Source of the DNA: an uncultured Gemmataceae bacterium
Lineage (GTDB): Bacteria; Planctomycetota; Planctomycetia; Gemmatales; Gemmataceae
Assembly (NCBI GenBank): GCA_963750165.1
Contig: CAVVPN010000003.1
Coordinates: 32,001 to 96,000 of the forward strand
Direction: 5' to 3'
Length of the DNA stretch: 64,000 nucleotides
The position numbers and the translations under genes were made by a program. The notes below the pieces were generated by a model. It worked only from the letters and a program-made list of their open reading frames with translations. It had not been told where the DNA came from and ran no database searches. Shown piece by piece: positions 32,301-42,407 of this stretch (the stretch's first letter is position 1; each line of letters starts with the position of its first letter).

Positions 32301-32857
32301 GGGTAGGGGACGACGGCGTAATAGACGGTGGCGCCGTTGCTGGCCTGGAAGGTGTCGTGGTAGCCGGCGAATTCGACACCGCTGCTCTGGCCGTTCGCGG
32401 TGACGGTGACGCCGGGGGCAGTGAAGAAGACGTACAGGCTGTTGGCGTTCGGGGCGGGGACATGGCCGGCGGTGATCTCGGCGTTCAGAGCGGTGCGGAT
32501 CTGGCTGTCGCTCATGGTGGCGCCGCCGGCGGGATTCTGGTTGACGACGTCGTCGCCGAGGTACGTGGCGGCGCCAACACCGTACTGGCTCAGGATGCTG
32601 ACGGACGGGCTGGTGCCGAAGTAGTTCAGGAAGCCGTTCACCTGCTGGACCTGCTGCTCCAGGGTGGCGTTGCTGTTCCAGGCGGTGCCGTAGTAGACCG
32701 GTTCAATCTGGGCGTTCTGCAGGACCGGGCCGCCGTGGTAGGTGACTCCGGTGGGGACCGTGCGGTCTTCGAGCGATTCAAGGTTCAGGGGACGGGGACG
32801 ACGACGGACGGGGGAGGCGTTCCAGGCGGCGCGAAGGCGTTGCCACAGTCGAGACAT
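29339..32857 (-). CDS. Large extracellular protein: LESLEDR signal, Phi-1/EXORDIUM-like domain, six PKD/Ig-like WGDG repeats, C-terminal DUF4214-like repeats
   Basis: LNLESLEDR; TYHGGPVL..SHEISESMTDP; six TIxWGDG..GTHTY repeats; Y..LGRAAD..G..W repeats. Confidence 0.85.
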   Translation of the reverse strand: MSRLWQRLRAAWNASPVRRRPRPLNLESLEDRTVPTGVTYHGGPVLQNAQIEPVYYGTAWNSNATLEQQVQQVNGFLNYFGTSPSVSILSQYGVGAATYLGDDVVNQNPAGGATMSDSQIRTALNAEITAGHVPAPNANSLYVFFTAPGVTVTANGQSSGVEFAGYHDTFQASNGATVYYAVVPYPVGSVINTPLTTFQDDTYVLSHEISESMTDPDTQTGWFDAQGDEIADLGEGTYGTLDNGRYVVTGVWSNAANQVVVPSDSTTPTTPTTPSPTVTVTGDPVQAVAGQSFTSVVATISGASASAAAGYTATISWGDGTSSAATLAPDGSNYDVTGTHTYTGAGWYAVTVTVKDATGAVVGSSLSRATVTPPPPTVTIKGTVLSATAGTAFTGTVASFTDVRSNAAAGDFTATINWGDGTSSTGTVVADGSGFDVTGTHTYANSSTTPPVFGGFGFGFTNPWHGGTPGNQFYVLTITVTDNPASATAVGQSLARVAPIPPSITARGQNLQAASGVAFTGTVATFTSTDSTATAATFTATITWGDGTTSTGTVAADPTVAGQYDVTGTHTYTLPTYRGGFPWFAFNPPPSRNYIVGVSITDTSNSTTVNAESLATVTAQPVVLTVTANNIQTTSGTAFTGTVAKFTDTTATTSTTFTATINWGDGSSSAGTVTADPNGGYDVTGTHTYTLQAPTPVWGSPGLGFGHSATSFGLGGAAYIFSVTVSDSASHTATSQAVASVAPAPPTLQAYGTSFNAVVGTAFTGTVASFTSLDTSAQASDFTVTINWGDGTSSAGTVSANSSGSGFVVTGTHTYSSASTTDATSLKAPNFGEDDSFVVTVSIQNTSDNSMATTASLATVTTTPASLVATAVPVSATAGTAFTGTVATFTDADGSGVSNFTATISWGDGRTSQGTVAANTSGSGFTVTGTHTYATAGTFTVLVNIHDNDGDEAVSLGTATVATGPTASGLTTAGFGILQSTEYYTGLILNYYQMYLGRAASAGEIAPWVNYLQHGGNDNQVLAGFLGSTEFYQHVGNNPTAYVKALYTDLLGRAADSAGLSGWVQQVNAGASKSNIVMGFTTSTERDTMLAQSYYHQYLGRTAGAGELSYWVNQLQHGATDTQIQVGFLSSQEYLQKQGGTAANWITSTYMRVLDRPADQGGESYWLGVLDA

Positions 32858-33527
32858 CTTGAAACTCCTTGTGGTACGTCGGCGACTTGTTCTGCGGTAT
32901 GGCGGCATTCAAGAAGTGCTTCCACCACCTGATCGTGGTCTGCCAGGCCACTCAGGCATTGTGAATGATGAATTATGGGCTAACTTCGGGCCGAAACGCA
33001 AGTGTTCTCATGCGATTTTAATATCCAGATGTGAACAAGTATTTTCTTGAGCCGAAGCGCAAGCGCGGGGGCCTGCTTTGGCCCTCGCTGGCGCTCGGGC
33101 TCGGACCAGAGACCAATCAAGGCGATCTGGTATCAGCCCGGTTCCTTGCACCCTGCAAGGTGCAGGCGTGCAGATTGCAAGGAAACGCAGACACCGCCGC
33201 CGTTGCCCCATGACCAACCTCCCTGTCAGTACGGCGGTTGCGTCATTGTCCGTGGCTGGCACGCCGTCTGCTGGAAGAGAGCACCGCGATATTCGAATTA
33301 AGGTGTTCCCCATGCTACCGGACATCAACTCTCTCCTGCCGCTGAAACGCTTCCAGCACCTGTTCGTCACCAGTGGCGTCTGGTGAACACTCTCATTCCA
33401 CCCATAGATGCGTCCGCGCGCTCGGGATGAGTCGCGCGGTCTCGTTTCCGTTTCCACAATCCTATCCCCAACCTGCACAACCGTGCGACTGCGCGGCCAG
33501 GCTCGGGGACTGTTCGAGGTGAGATTC

Positions 33528-33953
33528 ATGCAGACCAGATGGCTCTGGCCGTTCGTAGCAGCCTGCGCCCTTAGTGGTGCCGCCTGCGGTATCGACAACG
33601 GACTGTACCCCGTGCGCGGGCAGGTGTTCCACGAAGGCAAACCGGCCGTCGGCGCCACCGTGTCGTTCGTCCGCAAGGACGCGACCGATCCCCACAAGGA
33701 ACAGACACCGCAAGGCGTCGTGCAGGAGGATGGTTCGTTCACGCTCGCCGGCCCCAAAGGCCCCGGAGCGGCGCCCGGCGAGTACGTCGTGCTGATCGAA
33801 TGGAAGGAAGGGGCAGGGAAGCAGCGCGGCCGCAGTCCAGGGCTGAACGCGCCGGATCGGCTCAAGGGCCGCTACTTCGACCCGCAACGGCCCTTGCTCA
33901 CCGCCACGGTGGCCGCCAGCAAAAACGACCTGGCGCCCTTTGAACTGAAGTAG
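33528..33953 (+). CDS. Small lipoprotein of the type that accompanies DUF1559 genes
   Basis: Cys after a hydrophobic leader, YPVRGQV..GKPAVGA, GAAPGEYVV, and C-terminal PFELK. Confidence 0.85.
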   Translation: MQTRWLWPFVAACALSGAACGIDNGLYPVRGQVFHEGKPAVGATVSFVRKDATDPHKEQTPQGVVQEDGSFTLAGPKGPGAAPGEYVVLIEWKEGAGKQRGRSPGLNAPDRLKGRYFDPQRPLLTATVAASKNDLAPFELK

Positions 33954-34001
33954 CTGCTTCGCCCCGGCAACCCACCCACACTCTCGCCCTGGAGGATTCC
34001 C

Positions 34002-35112
34002 ATGAACCGACTCCGACCCCGCCTGGCGTTCACGTTGATCGAGCTGCTGGTGGTGATCGCCATCATCGCCATACTGATCGGTCTACTCCTGCCCGCCGTG
34101 CAAAAAGTGCGCGAGGCGGCGGCGTGCAGCCAGTGTCAGAACAACCTCAAACAGATCGGCGTGGCGATCTACAACTACGAATCCAGCAACAAGCGGCTGC
34201 CGGCCGCGTACACCCTGCTGCCGACGGCCGACACGGACGCGAACGCGCAGTTCGCCGGTTCCCGGGTCGGGCTGTCGCTGCATACCAACCTGTTGCCGTA
34301 CCTCGAACAGGAGCCCCTGTACCGGCAGTTGAACTCGAAGCTGTCCGAGTTCGACACGGCGAACATCCCGCCGAACGGCTCGCACTCCGGGGCGAACCTC
34401 GCTTACGCTCAGGTGGTGCCGGCTTACGTGTGCCCGGCCGACCCGACGCCGCCGACGCTGGACTACTACAACGCTTGCTGGGGCCCGTACGGCAACGGCG
34501 GCGGCGCGGCGTGCTTCCCCGGCGGGAGTACTGGTGTGTCGAACCTGGTGCCGCCGCCCGGTCAAATCTGGGCGCGCTCGGATTACTTCCCCATCGCGGG
34601 CATTCACGACGCCCTGACGGCGTCCCTGGGGCTGAAGGCGCAATACACGGTTAGCACGCAGATGATGGGCACGATCAACGATCCACAATACCCCGGCGGC
34701 GGGCCGTTCACGGTCACGCAGGTGAAGGACGGCACCTCGAACACCATTTTCATGGCGGAGTCCGGGGGCAAGCCGGTCGGCTACAACCACCTGCGCGATC
34801 TACAACTCGGAGGTCAACGGCAAGCCGGTCGATGGCAGCATCGAGCCGGTCTCGAGCGCAGGCGGGGCGTGGGGGGACATGTTCTGCTACTCGGCCCTGG
34901 CCGGAGCGCAGTGCAACAACAGCGGTCAGCGGCTCGGGCCGTGCATGGTCAACTACACGAGCAACAACGAGATCTACTCCTGGCACAATGGCGGTGCCAA
35001 CGTCCTGTTCGGCGACGGCAGCGTGCGCTTCCTCCAGGAATCGATCTCGGCCCAACTCGTCGTGGCCCTGGTGACGCGCGCCGGCGGTGAGACGATTAGC
35101 ACGGATTACTAG
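34002..35112 (+). CDS. DUF1559 prepilin-type protein (frameshift near 34797)
   Basis: [38 protein letters not shown]; the shifted frame ends [18 protein letters not shown]. Confidence 0.92.
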
Positions 35113-35119
35113 GAAGCAG

Positions 35120-35189
35120 TGGCGAGCGGCGCGGCGTCAGCCCGCCCGTACTCCATAGCACCGGCGGCCTGACGACGCGCCGCTCGCCA
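35120..35189. repeat. Family E REP-like palindrome, copy 2
   Basis: ggcgagcggcgcggcgtcagcccgcc with an imperfect inverted copy. Confidence 0.9.
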
Positions 35190-35227
35190 GGGCGTTTATT
35201 GAACCCGCCTTTACGGAGGCTTCCCCC

Positions 35228-37252
35228 ATGCGCCTGCGACGGGTCCTTGTCCTGCCGGTCCTCGGCGTGAGCCTCGGCCTGGTGCTCTGGGCCTGGCGCC
35301 CGGCTCCGCCCGAACTCCGTCCCGCCCCGGACGACCCGGTTGAAACGGAAATCCCGGTCGCGGATCCCGACCCGGCGGCCCTGGCGGCGACATTCGAGCA
35401 CACGGTCGCACCCCTGCTCCAGCAGTATTGCGTGCGCTGCCACACCGCGGCGTCGGCGCGCGGCGGCGTCAACCTCGCCGGCCTGACGCCCGCAGCCGCG
35501 CTGCGCGATCCGGGCCGCTGGCGGCAGGTGGCCCAGGCCGTGCGCGGGACGCATGCCGCCGGCCGGCAAACCCCATCTCACCGCGGACGAGGCCAGGGCC
35601 TTGCTGACGTGGTGCGCCGACGCCTCTTTCCAGGCCGCCTGCTCCACGCCGCAGCCGCCCGGCGCGTGGCCCTGCGCCGGCTCAACCGGGCGGAGTACAA
35701 CAACACCCTGCGCGACCTCGTGGGCATCACCTTCCGTCCCGCCGACGACTTCCCCGCCGACGACCTCGGGGCCGGCTTCGATACGCTCGGCGACGTGCTC
35801 GCGGTGCCGCCGTTGCTGCTGGAGAAGTACCTCGACGCCGCCGAGCGCGCGGTCGAGGACGTGACGCGGGCGCCGGCCCGCTGGGCGCGCGTCATGGACC
35901 CGCCCCCTGACACGGTGCCGTTCGTGCTGCGCGGTCAGCCTCCCCGGCGCGAGCGCGCCATGCGCGAACTGGGCCCGCCGCGTGGCAACGAGCCTGACGC
36001 TGAGGGGATGGCGCTGGACCGCGCCGCCCGGGCGGTGCAGGCCTTCGCCGACCGGGCCTACCGGCGGCCGGTGACGCATGAGGAGATGGCGCGGTTCGTG
36101 CGCTTCCTCGAAGCCAGCCGGGCCAACGGCAACAGCCACGAACGCGGCGTGCAGCTGGCATTGCAGGCGATCCTGACCTCGCCGCACTTCCTCTTCCGCG
36201 TCGAGGTCGGCGGCCCCGACGGCTGGCTCACCGACTTCGAGCTGGCGACCCGGCTCGCGTATTTCCTGTGGAGCAGCCCACCCGACGACGAGCTTTATCA
36301 GCTGGCGTGCCAGGGGAAATTGCGACAGGAGCCGACGCTGACCAGACAGGTGCGGCGCCTGCTGCGCGACCCGAAATCGGCGGCGCTGGCGGAGCATTTC
36401 GCCGGTCAGTGGCTGCAGACGCGCGCCCTCAAGGAGTTCACCCCCGATCCGGCGCGGTTCCCGCAGTTCGACGAGCCGTTGCGCCAGGCACTGCTGCGCG
36501 AGACGGAACTGTTCTTCGATCACCTGGTCCGTGAAGACCGCAGCGTGCGCGAGTTGCTCACCGCCGACTACACCTTCGTCAACGAACGGCTGGCCCGGCA
36601 TTACGGCATCGCGGGAGTGCGGGGCACGGCGTTCCGCAAGGTGGCGCTGGCGGGAACGGGACGCGGCGGCGTGCTGACGCACGGCAGCGTCCTGGCGGTC
36701 ACTTCCAACCCCACGCGCACCTCCCCGGTCAAGCGCGGCAAGTGGATTCTGGAGAACCTGTTGGGCGAACGGCCAGGCGCCCCACCCCCCGGTGCGGACA
36801 ACCTGGGCGCGGCCACCCGGGCCATGCCGGCCGCCACACTGCGCCAGCAACTGGAGCGGCACCGCACCGACACGCGCTGTGCTTCCTGTCACGCGGCCCT
36901 CGACCCGCTCGGCTTCGGGCTGGAGCATTTTGACGCCGTGGGCGCCTGGCGCGACGGTGACGGCGCACACCCCATTGACGCCAGCAGCACCCTGCCCGAT
37001 GGCCGCTCATTCCGCGGTCCCGACGGGCTGCGCGCCGTCCTGGTCGAACGCTCTCCGGACTTCGTACGCTGTCTGACTGAGAAGTTGCTCACCTACGCTC
37101 TGGGGCGGGAATTGCAGCCGGCGGACGCCTGTACCGTCGAGCGCATCGTCCGCCGCCTCGACGCCAACGGCCAGCGCTTTTCCAGCCTGGTACTGGGCGT
37201 CGTCACCAGCGACCCATTCCGCAAACTCGGTTCGCGCGGAGGACATCCATGA
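35228..37252 (+). CDS. DUF1592-family protein with cytochrome c-like CxxCH motifs; two compensating shifts near 35552 and 35662
   Basis: CVRCH, LRRLNRAEYNNT, ATRLAYFLWSSPPD, TSPVKRGKW and CASCH. The expected MPP motif is out of frame between the two shifts. Confidence 0.9.
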   Translation: MRLRRVLVLPVLGVSLGLVLWAWRPAPPELRPAPDDPVETEIPVADPDPAALAATFEHTVAPLLQQYCVRCHTAASARGGVNLAGLTPAAALRDPGRWRQVAQAVRGTHAAGRQTPSHRGRGQGLADVVRRRLFPGRLLHAAAARRVALRRLNRAEYNNTLRDLVGITFRPADDFPADDLGAGFDTLGDVLAVPPLLLEKYLDAAERAVEDVTRAPARWARVMDPPPDTVPFVLRGQPPRRERAMRELGPPRGNEPDAEGMALDRAARAVQAFADRAYRRPVTHEEMARFVRFLEASRANGNSHERGVQLALQAILTSPHFLFRVEVGGPDGWLTDFELATRLAYFLWSSPPDDELYQLACQGKLRQEPTLTRQVRRLLRDPKSAALAEHFAGQWLQTRALKEFTPDPARFPQFDEPLRQALLRETELFFDHLVREDRSVRELLTADYTFVNERLARHYGIAGVRGTAFRKVALAGTGRGGVLTHGSVLAVTSNPTRTSPVKRGKWILENLLGERPGAPPPGADNLGAATRAMPAATLRQQLERHRTDTRCASCHAALDPLGFGLEHFDAVGAWRDGDGAHPIDASSTLPDGRSFRGPDGLRAVLVERSPDFVRCLTEKLLTYALGRELQPADACTVERIVRRLDANGQRFSSLVLGVVTSDPFRKLGSRGGHP

Positions 37253-38571
37253 AGCGTCCCATTCACCTGTCGCGGCGCACGGTGCTGCGCGGCATCGGTG
37301 CGTGTCTGGCCCTGCCCTTGCTGGAGGCCATGCCCGGGCCTTGTCAGACTCGGGCGGCACGGCCGCCGCAACGGCTGCTGTTCGTCTACGCCCCAAACGG
37401 CAAACACATGGCCGACTGGACTCCCGCCACCGAGGGGGCCGGCTTCGCCCTGCCGCCGCTGCTGGAGCCGTTGCAGGCGCTGCGCGGCGAACTGCTGGTG
37501 CTGTCGGGCCTGGACCTGCGACCTGCCGACGGCAACGGCGACGGGCCGGGAGACCACGCCCGCGCCATGGCCGCCTTCCTCACTGGCAGCCGGCCGCGCC
37601 GCACCGCCGGCGCGGACCTGCGGGCGGGGGTGTCGGTCGATCAGGTCATTGCCACCCGGCTCGGCACGGTGACGCGCTTCGCCTCGCTGGAGGTCGGCTG
37701 CGAGGGGGGCCGCACCTCGGGTGTTTGCGACAACGGCTACAGTTGCGCGTACCAGACGAACCTGTCGTGGCGCACGCCGACGACACCGTTGAGCAAGGAG
37801 GTCAACCCGCGTCTGCTGTTCGAGCGGCTGTTCGGCCGGCCGTCCACGGACGACCGCGCCGCGGCCCGGCGCGACCGGTGCAGCATCCTGGATTTCGTGG
37901 CCGAGGACGCCCGGCAGCTGCGGACGCGCCTCGGCACGCCAGATCGCCACCGCCTTGACGAATACCTGACGGGCCTGCGTGAGATCGAGCAGCGGTTGCA
38001 ACGGGCGCAGCCCGTGGTCGATATCGGCCAGGGCCGGCTGAGGCCGCCGGCCGGCATCCCCCAGGACTTCCGCGAACACGCCCGGCTGTTGACGGACCTG
38101 CTCGTGCTCGCCTTTCAGGCCGATCTGACGCGCGTCGCCACCTTCGTGTTCGGCAACGACGGCAGCAACCGCAGCTACCGTGAGGTCGGCGTGTCCGACG
38201 GCCACCACGATGTCTCACACCACGGCGGCGACCCCGCCAAGCTCGACAAGATCCGGCGCGTCAACCGACTGCACGTCGAGCAGTTGGCGTACCTGCTGCT
38301 GCGCCTTCGCTCAGTGCGCGAGGGGGGCGACACGCTGCTGGACCGCAGCCTGGTAGTCTACGGCTCGGGCATCAGTGACGGCGATCGGCATGACCACGAC
38401 AACCTGCCGATCCTGCTGGCCGGCCGGGGCGGCGGCATCAGCCCGGGACGGCACGTGCGCTACCCGGTGGGGACACCGCTCACGAACCTCTATCTGTCAC
38501 TGCTGGACCGGCTCGGCGTTGAATTGCCTACGTTCGGCGACGCCACGGGCCGGCTCGGTTCCCTGGGTTAA
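37249..38571 (+). CDS. DUF1552 family protein
   Basis: SRRTVLRG..LALPLLEAM, CDNGYSCAY and LAFQADLTRV; overlaps the DUF1592 stop (ATGA). Confidence 0.92.
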   Translation: MKRPIHLSRRTVLRGIGACLALPLLEAMPGPCQTRAARPPQRLLFVYAPNGKHMADWTPATEGAGFALPPLLEPLQALRGELLVLSGLDLRPADGNGDGPGDHARAMAAFLTGSRPRRTAGADLRAGVSVDQVIATRLGTVTRFASLEVGCEGGRTSGVCDNGYSCAYQTNLSWRTPTTPLSKEVNPRLLFERLFGRPSTDDRAAARRDRCSILDFVAEDARQLRTRLGTPDRHRLDEYLTGLREIEQRLQRAQPVVDIGQGRLRPPAGIPQDFREHARLLTDLLVLAFQADLTRVATFVFGNDGSNRSYREVGVSDGHHDVSHHGGDPAKLDKIRRVNRLHVEQLAYLLLRLRSVREGGDTLLDRSLVVYGSGISDGDRHDHDNLPILLAGRGGGISPGRHVRYPVGTPLTNLYLSLLDRLGVELPTFGDATGRLGSLG

Positions 38572-38716
38572 CGGTTGCACTGATCGCAGCGACCGCTTTT
38601 TCAGGACGCATCCGTTCTTCGGCGATGTCAGGGACGCTGCACTACCGCCGCTTGGGGGGCCGAGCGCCAGCGCGGGGCAGCGCTGGTTCCGCGCTGGCGC
38701 TCGGACTCCGACCCCG

Positions 38717-41700
38717 TTATTTGAGCGTCGCCAGGTACGCGATCAGGTCCACGAACTCGCGCCGGCTCAGGCCAACTTCCTGCCCCTCCGGCATGATCGA
38801 CACGCGCTGCACCCGGCGCGTTTCCACCTCGGCCCGGGCGACGCGCACGTCGAGGTTGAGATTGAGCACACGCAGGAACTTGCCTTCGTCCTTGACCAGG
38901 CCGCTGTAAGTCTTGCCGTCGGTGGTGACGACTGTCTCCACCTCGAAGCCGGTCTTGATAACCTTGGAGGGGAACAGCACCGACTCGATCAGGTAATCCA
39001 CCTTCTGGGCGGCGACCCCCTTGAGCGACGGGGCCAGGAGCGTGGTCTGGGTCGCGGTGGTGTGGCATTTGGTGCAGGAGGCCCGCTCGAAGACTTGCCG
39101 TCCCAGGATCACCCGCTGCTGCCGTTCCCTGGCGGGCAGTTTTCCCAGCGTTTCCAGCGTGTGCCGCGTGAGGGCGGCCTTGTCCTTCTCCGCGGCGGGG
39201 AGGTTCAACGACTTGATGGCCTCGGCTTTGACTCCCAGGTGGTCCAGGACCGACCCGAGATCCTCCCGCAACCCCGCATCGCTTTTGAGCAGGGCCGGCG
39301 CCTGGTTCACCAGATGTGCCACCATCTCCGGACGGCCCTTGAACGAGCGCCACCAGCGGACGGCCTCGGTACGCAGCAGCGGGTTGCTACCGCCAAGCAA
39401 CTTCTGCCAGTGCTCGGTGCGGGGCGTGGCCTCGATGGCCGCCAGCGTGGCCAGGTACTCGGCGGCGTCGTCGGGTTTGGTTTTGGCGTTGAACACACCG
39501 GACCAGAGCGTGTCGGCCACCGGGGCGCTCTTGCCGCCGAATTTGCGTGCCAGCAGCAGCGCGGCGGAGCGCGTCGCCGGTTGGCCCGCCTTGATCTGGC
39601 CGGTGATCTGCTTGAGTGCGAACGCGGTCGGGCCCGCCGCCTCCAGGAACTCGAACAGCAGCAGTTGATCGGCCGTCGAGGTGACCTTGAGCGCTCCCTT
39701 CTCCACCGCTTCCACGAAGCGTTTCGCCGCCGGCCCTTCCAGGTTTTTGGACAGGCCGCCGGTCTTGCTCCGCAGCACCAGCAGGGCCTTCGCAATGACG
39801 CCGACGGGCAGGTCTTCGCGCGCGACCAGCTGCGTCAGGGCCGGGGCCAGCGAGGCATCGCCGTTGAGCTGCGCGACCTGCAGGGCCAGGTTCAGGTCGA
39901 GTTTGCCCGGCGTTTGCAGCGCCTGCCCCAGGGCGACCAGGGCGAGTTTCTTCGTCGGGAAGTTCTCGTAACAGGCCACATCGACGGCGATCAGGCCCGC
40001 CAGGCGCACGTCCTCGTCGTCATCGGCCAGAAGGGCGCGCAAGCTTTTCTCGTCGGCGTGTTTGGCCAGGTGCCAGGCGGCCTCGTAACGGAGATGAGCG
40101 TCCTTGCCGGCGCCCAGCGCAGGGCGTCCATCAAGGCGGCCCGGACGTCGTTCGACTGCGGCTGAGCCAGGGCCGCCTCGACGCGCACCGCCGGGTCCGC
40201 GTCCTTGCTCAGCTGCCGGGCCACCGCATCGGCGGCGGGAATCTGATACCTGCGCAGCAAATTGACCGCCAGCCGGCGCACGCGCCAGTCGGGGTTGCTG
40301 GCTCCCGCGGCGATTTGCGCCTTTGCCTCGGGAGTGCCGATTTGCAACAGACACCACAGGGCGTTGGCGGCGCCGAGCGGTTCCTTGCTGGTTTTCGCGG
40401 CGGCCGCCAACTTGCCGATGGCGGGCGCCCCCTGTTTGACCAGCGCCTCAACGGCCCTGGCCCGCACCAGATGGTGGGGCGAGCCAAGGGCCACGATGGA
40501 GTTGTTGCCAGGGGCGGCGCTGGGCCCTGGCTCCTTGCCCCGGTACTTCACGCGCCAGATGCGGCCGGTCAGGTCGCTTTCATCATCGCGGCCGTACCAG
40601 TCGGCGATGAGCAGATTGCCGTCCGGGTCGAGGTGAATGTGGCTGGGTCGGAAGTAGGGGTCGCTGCACAGGACGAACGGCTCCTTCTTGACAATGTTGT
40701 TGCGCCCGTCCGGGACGTAGCGGATGATGCCGCGGTTGACGCCGGGGAAGCCGTGGCTGCCCCAGTTGCACGCCAGCAGGCTGCCCTGGTAGTCGATCGG
40801 AAAGGCGGCGCCGTAGTAGCGCAACAGCTGCGTGTGGGCGCCGCGGTGGATATCGAAGCAGGGCGGGGCCAGCGGGTGATTGCCGGCCAGCCAATTGTTG
40901 TCCACGCCCCGACTGTAGCAGTGGTAATCAACGCCGTCGAGCACGCGCACGAAACGATCCGGGTTGCCCTCGCCGTTGGACAGCAGCCAGAGCTGGCCGA
41001 AGGGATCGTACTCGAAACTGTACGGCACCCGCAGGCCCTGCACGAGACGCTCCATCTTCGTGCCGTCGGGGTTCATGCGCACGACGACGCCGGAACTGCC
41101 GCGACTGGTCAGTTTGCCGTCCGGCCCTTGCAACTGGACGTTATGATTGCCGACGCTCAGGTACAGCAGGCCGTCCGGCCCCCACTCCAGCACGAACATG
41201 CCGAACGGGTTCCAGGCCTTGTTCTTGTCGATGACGATGGTCTTCTTGTTGACCGCCTTGCCACCGTCGGGAAGGTCGTAGGTGTACAGGTAGTTGTTGG
41301 CCGTCAGCCACAGCTTGTTGTGCTTGACGGCGATGCCCATGACGGGATCAGCGAAGCCGTCGGCAATCACCGTCCGCTTGTACCCCTTGCCGCCGGGCAG
41401 CGGATCGAGGCGGACCAGCGGGTTGGCGTACGGCTTGATTGGCGACCCAGGCGGGCCATAGCGGTAGGTGTGGCTCTCGCTGACGTAGATGCGGCCTTTT
41501 TCGTCCACCGCCATCGTGACGGGGTTGATGATGAGCGGATCAGTGGCGACCAGTTCCACCTCAAAACCTTCCGGCACGATGAAGTGCTTGACCTGGTCCG
41601 CGGCCTTCTGCCGGTCCTTCACCCTGGGATCGGCCACCGCGAAGTTGAACGACTTCTGGCCGGGCGTCTTGCCGGAGCCGCCGCTGACGAGGTTCCAGGG

Positions 41701-42228
41701 GCCGATGGCGGCGTCGCCCAGCACGACCGCCGTTGGCCAGGTGCTGTCGTCGAACGTGATCTTCAGCCAGTCGGGGTCCGCCATCTGCGTGATGCGTGTT
41801 TTGTCGTCGGTGCCGATGAGGAGTTCCTTCTGATCGGCGGTCTTGACGTGCAACCGGGCAATGGCTCCCGCCGGGCCGCCCTGATTCTTTGCAAGGATGG
41901 CCAGCACGTTCTTGCCCGGGACCAGGTGTTTGGTCACGTCGTACTTTTCCACGCTGCTCCACTCGCCGTCGCTGCCGACCTTGTGGCCGTTGACATACAC
42001 CACGTAATGGTTGTCCACGGTGATCCACAGTTCGGCCTGAACGGCCCTGGCGCCCAGTTCGAAGGTGCGGCGCAGGTAGCGCGGCTCATTGGACTGGTCC
42101 ACGGAATTGGCGTCGGCCTCATCCCAGACCCAGCGAGCGCTACCCCAGCCCGGCGTGGGCGGTTGGGCCGGGCTCAGTGACAGCAATCCCAGGGGCAGCG
42201 CGGCCAGAAGCAAAGCGGCAGTTTTCAT
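38717..42228 (-). CDS. PVC-type heme-binding CxxCH protein (propeller, HEAT-like repeats, cytochrome c); frameshift near 40117
   Basis: VPEGFEVELVA..NPV, WGPDG, FRP..PDG.L.IADWY, CTKCH and SIMPEG motifs. Confidence 0.88.
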
Positions 42229-42407
42229 CGGCGTTCCCATGTGTTCGAGAAACGGGGACACAGCAAGTATAACCGAGGTGCCGCTGCGTTGACATGGGCC
42301 GCTTCCGGTTCGCTGTCACAAAGAATCGACGAAGTGCTACACGGAGGTCGTCAAACGAATAGGGTAGCCGTGCTGAATCAGACGCTGGAGAACCCAGGAG
42401 GGCAGCA

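Noticed and set aside
29816..32932. 1038-aa plus-strand ORF and many other long overlapping ORFs
   Set aside because: Antisense or off-frame shadows of real genes, expected at high GC; no recognisable motifs.
33078..33386. 102-aa ORF in the divergent intergenic region
   Set aside because: No RBS, motif or coding-like composition that I can support.
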